Origin: Clostridia bacterium
GTDB lineage: Bacteria; Bacillota; Clostridia; Oscillospirales; CAG-272
DNA: 64,000 bases
Reading direction: 5' to 3'
Assembly (NCBI GenBank): GCA_017465885.1
Contig: JAFTVG010000027.1
Coordinates: forward strand, 52,799 to 116,798
Made by a program: the position numbers and the translations under genes. Positions 45,901 to 52,848 of this stretch are shown here, in pieces. The notes under the pieces are model-generated. The model worked only from the letters and a program-made list of their open reading frames with translations. It made no database searches and was not told the DNA's origin. Positions within the stretch are counted from its first letter, which is position 1. Every line of letters starts with the position of its first letter.

Positions 45901-46428
45901 TTAGAAGTGTTTGCCTTCGCCCGGGCGGTCTTCGCCTTCGCCGATATAGTCTTCTACCGGTCGGTCATCGATCTCGGTCGGTGTGTCGTTCTCGAAGGGA
46001 TTCGGCTGACCGCCGATCTGAGGTTTGTATTCCGCAAGGCATTGATCCCCCTCGTCGATGCATTCGACGGTTTCTTCTTTCGATTCTGTCGTAACCGTAT
46101 CTTCGGTGATTTCGGTACATTGATCTGTCACGGTTTCTTGCGCCGTCGGTGTTTTTTCTTCATTGAACACCTCGTGTTCTTCGGTCACAACTTCGTTTTC
46201 GTTTACCGTTGTTTCCTTGATTTCAACGGCGGTTTCCGTTTTGCTTAATTCGCCTACAAACGCCGTTACTTCGCTTGTTTCGCTTGTTTCGGGTACTTGC
46301 TCCACCTGCACCGTTATCGCCGTTTGTGACGTTTTTTCGGCGGTCACGGGCGGCTCATCTGTAGCCTTTTGTGGTGTGGATAAGAGCGTCATAATTAGTG
46401 CGAGAATGATGGTGATTAACTTTTTCAT
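45901..46428 (-). CDS. secreted acidic Thr/Glu/Val-rich protein, function unknown
   Basis: The start is trimmed to ATG 46428 (MKKLITIILALIMTLLSTP signal). The mature part is low-complexity and rich in T, E and V. Confidence 0.6.
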   Translation of the reverse strand: MKKLITIILALIMTLLSTPQKATDEPPVTAEKTSQTAITVQVEQVPETSETSEVTAFVGELSKTETAVEIKETTVNENEVVTEEHEVFNEEKTPTAQETVTDQCTEITEDTVTTESKEETVECIDEGDQCLAEYKPQIGGQPNPFENDTPTEIDDRPVEDYIGEGEDRPGEGKHF

Positions 46429-46556
46429 ATATGTAATTCCTTTCCGAGCTCGTCTTTGCTGCTCAACACAAGAATAAACTGAAAAACAAATAAGTCCAGA
46501 GAGAATCGGCATGAAAATGAGGAATCGCACACATTTTGGTACGATTCCTCTGAATA

Positions 46557-46829
46557 TTATTCAATTTCTGAATTCATTACTTCGATGATGATCCTGGCTC
46601 CAAGCGTGAACCCTCTTACAAACGCCTCCCGCTCGGCGATGCCATACATCTCGTTGGTGCACTCGGTAAACTTTTCGAGAATCTCTATTTCCTCGTCATT
46701 CAGACGTTTCTTCAGATCTTCCTCGTGCCGCACGATGTAACCAAGCAGTTCAGAATACTTACTGCCTTTCTTGAAGTCCTTCTCACAAGGAGAGATGTTG
46801 CCGTACCATAATTCTTCAATGATGTTCAT
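46557..46829 (-). CDS. hypothetical 90-aa helical protein
   Basis: RBS GAAGGAGG. MNIIEELWYGNISPCEKDF... I have seen similar small proteins on Clostridial mobile elements, but I cannot name the family with confidence. Confidence 0.6.
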   Translation of the reverse strand: MNIIEELWYGNISPCEKDFKKGSKYSELLGYIVRHEEDLKKRLNDEEIEILEKFTECTNEMYGIAEREAFVRGFTLGARIIIEVMNSEIE

Positions 46830-46930
46830 TTCGCACCTCCTTCATAAAGAGAGCGGCTCCGTCTCGGGAAATCCCGATTCAGAACCGCTCTGTTTTTGTT
46901 TTTGCTATTTACTTTTCTTTTTCGTGCCAT
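46826..46930 (-). CDS. possible 34-aa highly basic peptide
   Basis: Absent from the track. ATG 46930 is preceded by AAGGAGG. It encodes MARKRKVNSKNKNRAVLNRDFPRRSRSLYEGGAK. Its TGA overlaps the downstream ATG (ATGA). Confidence 0.4.
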   Translation of the reverse strand: MARKRKVNSKNKNRAVLNRDFPRRSRSLYEGGAK

Positions 46931-47002
46931 ATGTACTACCTCCTTTTCTTGGTAGCACACACAATATCACAGAAAGGGGTGGAAGGCCAGAGAGAATAGC
47001 GA

Positions 47003-47662
47003 TTATTTTTTATTCTTTTTACCGCGTTTTTGATAGTCCGCGTTGATTTTGTCGCCCCAATCCGCGCCAAGCGGTGCACTTGCTCTGACATTGCAGACTG
47101 CTTTCGCGACCGATTCATACAGAATCTGCGTTCCTTCTTCGTCGGCATTGTAGTTTACGGCTCTATCCTTGCTGATGCCGTAACGCGCGGCTGTTTCAAC
47201 CGCATCAATGTTCGCTCCGATGAACAAGAACTCCCATCCGTACTTTTCCTTTTGACGCTCGATCATCTTCTTAACCTGCTCACTTGTGTAACGGTGGCTG
47301 GCGTTTTCCTGCCCATCGGTTGTGATGACAAACATCGTATGCTCCGGCACATCCTCGTTACGAGCGTATTTGTGAATGTTTCCGATGTGATGAATTGCAC
47401 CGCCGATGGCATCAATCAGAGCCGTGCAACCGCGAACAGTATAGTCCTTGTCGGTCATCTTTGGGATGTCACCGAGCTTCACGCGGTCGTGTAACACCTC
47501 GCTCTCGTCATCGAAAAGCACGGTGGAAACGTAGCAGCCTCCGTCTTGCTTCTTCTGCTTTTCAATCATCGAGTTAAAGCCACCGATGGTGTCGCTCTCG
47601 AGTCCTGCCATAGAGCCGCTTCTGTCCAAAATAAATACGAGTTCAGTAATGTTGTTTTTCAT
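47003..47662 (-). CDS. von Willebrand factor type A (vWA) domain protein
   Basis: The start is trimmed to ATG 47662 (MKNNITELVFILDRSGSMAG). The DxSxS MIDAS motif is present. 219 aa. Confidence 0.8.
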   Translation of the reverse strand: MKNNITELVFILDRSGSMAGLESDTIGGFNSMIEKQKKQDGGCYVSTVLFDDESEVLHDRVKLGDIPKMTDKDYTVRGCTALIDAIGGAIHHIGNIHKYARNEDVPEHTMFVITTDGQENASHRYTSEQVKKMIERQKEKYGWEFLFIGANIDAVETAARYGISKDRAVNYNADEEGTQILYESVAKAVCNVRASAPLGADWGDKINADYQKRGKKNKK

Positions 47663-47741
47663 AATTAAAAACCTCTCTTTCATTTGATGTCTATATTGTA
47701 CATCAATAAAAGAGAGGTTGGGTCGCATGTCAAGCGACAAA

Positions 47742-48098
47742 TTATTTACCTAATGTTGCACTCCACTCAGCTTCCTTAAAACCGACAAGCACGAAGCCGT
47801 CACCGATAAGCAACGGACGCTTTACGAGCATACCGTCGCTTGCGAGAAGCTTTAGCATCTCGTCATCGGTCATAGTGGGAAGCTTGTTTTTGAGGTCAAG
47901 AGATTTATAAAGCAGACCGCTTGTGTTAAAGAACTTTTTGAGGGGCAAACCGCTTTTCTTGTACCATTCTGTCAACTCATCAAGCGTGGGATTGTCGAGC
48001 TTTATATCTCTAAATTCATATTCGATTTTATTATCATCAAGCCACTTTTGCGCTTTTTGGCAAGTGGTACATTTTGGGTAGCAGATAAATTTTAACAT
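47742..48098 (-). CDS. ArsC/Spx-family (arsenate-reductase-like) thioredoxin-fold protein
   Basis: The start is trimmed to ATG 48098 (MLKFICYPKCTTCQKAQKWL, RBS AAGGAG). It has a CxxC near the N-terminus and LVKRPLL near the C-terminus, typical of the family. Confidence 0.75.
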   Translation of the reverse strand: MLKFICYPKCTTCQKAQKWLDDNKIEYEFRDIKLDNPTLDELTEWYKKSGLPLKKFFNTSGLLYKSLDLKNKLPTMTDDEMLKLLASDGMLVKRPLLIGDGFVLVGFKEAEWSATLGK

Positions 48099-48108
48099 AG
48101 TAATCTCC

Positions 48109-48411
48109 TTATTCGATGACTTCAATCAAAAAGCTTACCGGACGAAAACCATCGTTGCAAGAAATCATTGCTGATTTTGGGTTCTTCATCCATCCGTCAT
48201 AGAAATTCTCGCCACCGTGAGCAAGAGTCATTACAAACGGTGAAACGCTATCCCACGCACTGTCACAAAATCCATCGGGCTTTTGCCAACCTTCACAGAT
48301 AAAAATCTGACCTTCTTGTAAGTCACAGGCGTGTTTTATAGGATTTTCATACTTTTCAATCAAATCATCGTATCGTGCTTTTCGCATAACGGTTATCTTA
48401 ATTTTCTTCAT
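48109..48411 (-). CDS. TIGR04076-family protein (function unknown)
   Basis: 100 aa. KITVMRKARYDDLIEKYEN...CDLQEGQIFI...GFCDSAW...ISCNDGFRPVSF matches my recollection of the TIGR04076 family. Confidence 0.6.
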   Translation of the reverse strand: MKKIKITVMRKARYDDLIEKYENPIKHACDLQEGQIFICEGWQKPDGFCDSAWDSVSPFVMTLAHGGENFYDGWMKNPKSAMISCNDGFRPVSFLIEVIE

Positions 48412-48414
48412 ATC

Positions 48415-49440
48415 CTATGCCCCTAACAAACTCTGATCGAACGCAAACAGAGCCTCATTGATTTCAAAAATATTGTAGTTGCCCTTACTGATAAAGTATT
48501 CGATGATAATATCGAACTTATTGCTATGCGATAATGCGAACCCTGCCTTACGGAGCATATCCTCGGTTTCTGCGAGTGAAAGCTCCAAGGAAATCGCAAA
48601 CGCAAGCGCGGTGGGTTTGCTCGGCTTATAATGAATGTCACTACGGATTTTGGAGAACAGCTTGCGGTCAATGTTTGCTTTCTTGTAGCACTCGGCGTCG
48701 GTCATACCCTTTTCGTCAATCTTACGCAGAAGCATTTGAGAAAAGCTCTCGTCGATCTGCTTCAGCTTCGCATCAAGATCGTCCTCTGCCAGCATAGCCT
48801 TGCAATCGCATATTTCAAGAAAGTCGTCATCCGATTTCTTTCGTCTTGTGCGCGGAGCCATTGACGGTAGCGCGTTCATACGAATACGCTCACGGCTGTA
48901 ATCAGTATGCTCGTCCACATAGTTATCATCGATATATTCGGCAATGTCCGAGAACAGCTTCTCGCTGATCTTATAGGCAGCCTTGTCGAATATGACGATA
49001 TAAACGGTCATTTCGTTTTCAAGAAGAAAGTTGCTGATAACGTCGATAGCAACTTTCAAGGCTTGATCCTTGGGGTATCCGTACACACCCGATGAGATAA
49101 GCGGGAAAGCCACGGTTTCACAGTTGTTCTCCTTAGCAAGAGCCAAAGATTCGCGGTAGCAGGATTCAAGTAACGCCTTTTCTCCGTGCTTGCCGTCATT
49201 GTAGATAGGACCGACGGTATGTATTACATGCTTGGCCGGCAAATTATAACCGCCCGTAATCTTCGCTTTGCCCGTCTTGCAACCGCCAAGTGTTCTGCAT
49301 TCGGCGAGCAGTCCCAAACCCGCGGCGCGGTGAATCGCACCGTCAACACCTCCGCCGCCCAATAGCGACTCGTTGGCAGCATTGACAATGGCATCCACCT
49401 TCATTTTTGTTATATCGTTTCTTACTATTTCAAGCGGCAT
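48415..49440 (-). CDS. macro domain (ADP-ribose-binding/hydrolase) protein fused to a C-terminal HTH-like domain
   Basis: 341 aa. N-terminal MacroD/YmdB-type motifs [26 protein letters not shown] and [13 protein letters not shown]-terminal [23 protein letters not shown]...[15 protein letters not shown] resembles an XRE-like HTH. Confidence 0.85.
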   Translation of the reverse strand: MPLEIVRNDITKMKVDAIVNAANESLLGGGGVDGAIHRAAGLGLLAECRTLGGCKTGKAKITGGYNLPAKHVIHTVGPIYNDGKHGEKALLESCYRESLALAKENNCETVAFPLISSGVYGYPKDQALKVAIDVISNFLLENEMTVYIVIFDKAAYKISEKLFSDIAEYIDDNYVDEHTDYSRERIRMNALPSMAPRTRRKKSDDDFLEICDCKAMLAEDDLDAKLKQIDESFSQMLLRKIDEKGMTDAECYKKANIDRKLFSKIRSDIHYKPSKPTALAFAISLELSLAETEDMLRKAGFALSHSNKFDIIIEYFISKGNYNIFEINEALFAFDQSLLGA

Positions 49441-49453
49441 TGGTGTTCCTCCT

Positions 49454-50530
49454 TTAATTCAATTTGCTCTCCTCTTTTATAACACTGTATTTTTCAGTTA
49501 TATACTGTGCGATACTATCGTAATCGCAAAATAGCGTTTTCTTGTTTATGCCAATCTTATCTAACTCTTTCAAAATGGCTGCTTTATTTTTAATGCGCAA
49601 TTCTATGTTTTGAAAATATAGGTGCTGTTTAGCTAACACTCTGAAGTTGTAGACGGGTTCAATATAAGTCAAATATCCTTGATATAGGAATAATCCCTGC
49701 TGATTTCTACCACGTTCAAATTTCATAATAGGCTGATATAACATATTGGGCAAAAATGTTATAGAGTGAATTGGTTCTGTATATGAGAGAGCTTTTTTGA
49801 AAAATACAAACTGCAAAGTAAGATAAAAATATAAGTCTTCATCGCAAATCTCTAACGGAAACTTCTTGACATCTTCAAAAGCATCTTGCAAATATGCAAT
49901 ACATTCCCATACATCGAACTTTTTGCGCTTTAGTTTTTTATAAAAGACTTGTTCTTTATCATCAAATGGCGAAGAAAAGTAAAACAGATAACTACTAATC
50001 AATTTTTCCATCAAAAATGAAAATGTATTGGGATGCTCTTTTTTGAACTGCTTAAATAACGGAACGAGCAACTCCAACTCGTTGATTGTATTAGCAAATA
50101 CGCACTCAATCAAATTTTCATTTGGGTATCTATGTATCAAATTAGTAACATCAATAGATTCGTCAGATCCTATATAAACGGCACCATCATCATCTTGCTT
50201 GCCGAGGCAAGCGAAATACAGAGCTGTTAATGGTGATGTTGATACATCTAAAAGATTTGTTGGCACTCCGTGATGCTGGGCAAAAGCAATAAAGTCTATC
50301 TTATCTTCGTTGAGTTTGTGGGCGGTTTCCTTATAAAACTCATCAATCATCTTCATAAACGGATACGGCTCGTTTGAGTTCCACCTAAACTCATACGGTC
50401 TAAGTGCAGACGATTGTCTTGACGGGAAAACATCTCCCTCTCCACGATAATACGAAACATTTTCAAACTTGTTTATATATCGTATATACTTTGAAAGACT
50501 ATCTATTTCTATTGTCTTTGTTTTTAACAT
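49454..50530 (-). CDS. FRG domain-containing protein
   Basis: 358 aa. YYRGEGDVF supplies the (F/Y)RG motif. [26 protein letters not shown] matches the conserved core of the FRG domain as I recall it. Very AT-rich. Confidence 0.75.
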   Translation of the reverse strand: MLKTKTIEIDSLSKYIRYINKFENVSYYRGEGDVFPSRQSSALRPYEFRWNSNEPYPFMKMIDEFYKETAHKLNEDKIDFIAFAQHHGVPTNLLDVSTSPLTALYFACLGKQDDDGAVYIGSDESIDVTNLIHRYPNENLIECVFANTINELELLVPLFKQFKKEHPNTFSFLMEKLISSYLFYFSSPFDDKEQVFYKKLKRKKFDVWECIAYLQDAFEDVKKFPLEICDEDLYFYLTLQFVFFKKALSYTEPIHSITFLPNMLYQPIMKFERGRNQQGLFLYQGYLTYIEPVYNFRVLAKQHLYFQNIELRIKNKAAILKELDKIGINKKTLFCDYDSIAQYITEKYSVIKEESKLN

Positions 50531-50595
50531 CTCTTCTCCTTACCTATTAGTGTAATAGTTCAACCGTCTATTAGCTGATTCATCCGATGTAAAAA

Positions 50596-51288
50596 TTATA
50601 GAATTGTTCGTCCAAGCGTTTCCAATTTCACATCAAGCTCTTTAATAGCACTACATACTGCACCGTTCAATTTTTTTAATTCGTGATCTACGGTAGAGAA
50701 ATATTCAATTATTTCCTTTTTGGTAGGACACTCAATATCGACATTATATAATTTATCGTGTAGTGTTTCGAATTCTTCTGCTAAACTTTCTGCATCATAA
50801 GATAGTTTCTTTTTACAGTATTCGTAACCATCAAAGGGCAACAATTCATTAAATGTACTTTGCATAATGAAGGAGTTAACCCAATTTGCTCTGGAGCCTA
50901 CGTCGTAAATGAAATCAAACAACTCCGTCGTATCATCATATTTAGTAAAGTTCTTATGTAAAAGTTCGCTGTAAAACTGTATGTATTCACTCAATTTGGA
51001 TTTTAATTCTTCCAAATATGCCTTTTGAGATTTCAAGTTCGAAGTGCAGCCCTGCTTAATGCCCGAAACCAAACATATAATTAAGCCTGTTATCAATCCT
51101 GCAAAAATATTAGCACATATTGATGACCAAAAAGCCTCACCAATATTGTTCAAGTAAACGGAAACCAATAGCGCAATTATAAAAAGTGCCGTAATTATTA
51201 AAGCAATCCACAAATGAGGATAACTAACATATAACAGCAGTTTTCTTTTTGCGCTTTTTAGAAACTTTTTTATTATGTACTTATCCAT
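50596..51288 (-). CDS. 2-TM membrane protein with helical cytoplasmic domain (paralogous architecture C)
   Basis: 230 aa. Basic N-terminus, TM1 WIALIITALFIIALLVSVYL, a short loop, TM2 ICANIFAGLITGLIICLVSG, then ~140 aa of predicted helices. Confidence 0.7.
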   Translation of the reverse strand: MDKYIIKKFLKSAKRKLLLYVSYPHLWIALIITALFIIALLVSVYLNNIGEAFWSSICANIFAGLITGLIICLVSGIKQGCTSNLKSQKAYLEELKSKLSEYIQFYSELLHKNFTKYDDTTELFDFIYDVGSRANWVNSFIMQSTFNELLPFDGYEYCKKKLSYDAESLAEEFETLHDKLYNVDIECPTKKEIIEYFSTVDHELKKLNGAVCSAIKELDVKLETLGRTIL

Positions 51289-51308
51289 TCTCCATCCTCA
51301 CTGCTTTT

Positions 51309-51962
51309 TTAGAAAAAATGTTTTCCCAGAAGCATTAACTGATCTTCACGTTCACGATACAACTCTTGCATTTTGTCCGCAAGTGGCAATAACTCCGTAT
51401 GAATATCAAGTATAGTTGATTCGATTAGATTCGTTTCATTCGAATTATATAGGCTTTCCCTGTAATTGTTTAGATTATCTCTATCGACAGGATCGTATCC
51501 TTTCTCAGGAAGTATGTCATAGAGTTCTATCGGTAGTTGATTTCTTGCCAATTCAAGTTCATCAATCCATAGATATACATTCTCTCTGTCCTCAAAAATA
51601 TCCCGCTTGCTGCCATATAGAGCCTTGAGTTTATAGCAATTGGCAATATTAGTGATGTTTCTAATAACATCCAGCACATCTTTAAGCTGCTTATACTCTT
51701 TTTGGAGTTTGGCAACTTTATTGTTTCTAATATTTGACAAAAAGTAGAACACCAAACCAGTAAAACAACCACAACTTGTCGAAACCAATGCGCCTGAAGT
51801 CCAATCGGAATAATCATAAATGAGAAAAGATAAAAACAGCAAAAGTGATGCAATCACAAATATGATAATTGCCCACCAAAAAGGAGATAGCCTAAATAAT
51901 TGAGTACGCAATTCTCGATTACGATATCGTATAATTCGTTGTACTGTTTTATCTTTTCTCAT
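51309..51962 (-). CDS. 2-TM membrane protein with helical cytoplasmic domain (paralogous architecture B)
   Basis: 217 aa. Basic N-terminus, TM1 FWWAIIIFVIASLLLFLSFLIY, a short loop, TM2 ALVSTSCGCFTGLVFYFLSN, then ~120 aa of predicted helices. Confidence 0.7.
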   Translation of the reverse strand: MRKDKTVQRIIRYRNRELRTQLFRLSPFWWAIIIFVIASLLLFLSFLIYDYSDWTSGALVSTSCGCFTGLVFYFLSNIRNNKVAKLQKEYKQLKDVLDVIRNITNIANCYKLKALYGSKRDIFEDRENVYLWIDELELARNQLPIELYDILPEKGYDPVDRDNLNNYRESLYNSNETNLIESTILDIHTELLPLADKMQELYREREDQLMLLGKHFF

Positions 51963-52026
51963 AAAAACCTCGCATTGATTGGAATCATAATTCTAAGTAA
52001 CACTAAAATGTCTATTGAATGTTCCT

Positions 52027-52848
52027 TTAGCTATTATCAATCGCATTCAATTTTTCGTTCAAATCCGCATAATAGCGCATTCCTAAACCCTGTAAATTTT
52101 CTTTTTGTAAATACAGCTTCAAAATGTTATCACTAATTTCCGGCTCGGACTTGGGGATCATATTCATATAAAACAAAAAGAGCGCTAATGTGTTTTCTCC
52201 CGCTTCGGTATATACAATCCCTTCAAAATCATCTAATTGCAACTTCATCTTTTTTCCAATGTTTAGTATGATTGTTCTATTATTTATTACAATCATATCA
52301 AATTGTTCTTGTTTAGGAACTTTATTTGAAACATAGAAAGTAGTGATATTGGATATTAGAGTTCTTATATCAGCGTATGTTTTGTCTGCAAAAATAAATG
52401 TTGGGATTCTTTTGACGCATTCTTTTCCTTCCTCCGAGCGTTCAAATCCAGTTCTTATCCTAATGAGTTTTTTTACACTTTGAACCTGTTTTAAACCTCT
52501 TTCAATTTCATTATTATTCGACAAATCCGGTTTAACTTCAATTGCATAATCTACTCCATCTGCAAAGATAATGGATGGTTTTCCTCTTTCACCATCCAAA
52601 GTGTACGGATGAGAGGGGTTAATAACAATACAATCTATAGAATTACTTCTGTTTCCAAAACTGTCAATAATATTGCCTTTAACAATTCTAAATGGAAAAG
52701 GGAAAAATTTTTCCAAGAAGTTATGGATTATATCTTCACGTCGGTCAGATACTTCTTGTGGGGTACCTTCTCCCTCAATACTTGCTTTTGCAAACGAAGT
52801 TGCAATCTCTTGTGATTCTATTTTGAGTATTTCCAGTAGCTTGCTCAT
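52027..52848 (-). CDS. PD-(D/E)xK-like nuclease-fold protein (DUF6602-like)
   Basis: 273 aa. A candidate catalytic pattern is D in NSIDCIVINP followed ~30 aa later by AIEVKPD (ExK). The ATG overlaps the stop of the MmeI-family gene (ATGA at 52845-52848). Confidence 0.65.
   Translation of the reverse strand: MSKLLEILKIESQEIATSFAKASIEGEGTPQEVSDRREDIIHNFLEKFFPFPFRIVKGNIIDSFGNRSNSIDCIVINPSHPYTLDGERGKPSIIFADGVDYAIEVKPDLSNNNEIERGLKQVQSVKKLIRIRTGFERSEEGKECVKRIPTFIFADKTYADIRTLISNITTFYVSNKVPKQEQFDMIVINNRTIILNIGKKMKLQLDDFEGIVYTEAGENTLALFLFYMNMIPKSEPEISDNILKLYLQKENLQGLGMRYYADLNEKLNAIDNS

Noticed and set aside
48415-50530. Considered a DarT/DarG toxin-antitoxin pair
   Set aside because: The macro domain looks like the MacroD/YmdB type rather than the DarG type. 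The upstream protein is FRG-domain, not DUF4433/DarT. Only a generic ADP-ribose conflict hypothesis is kept.
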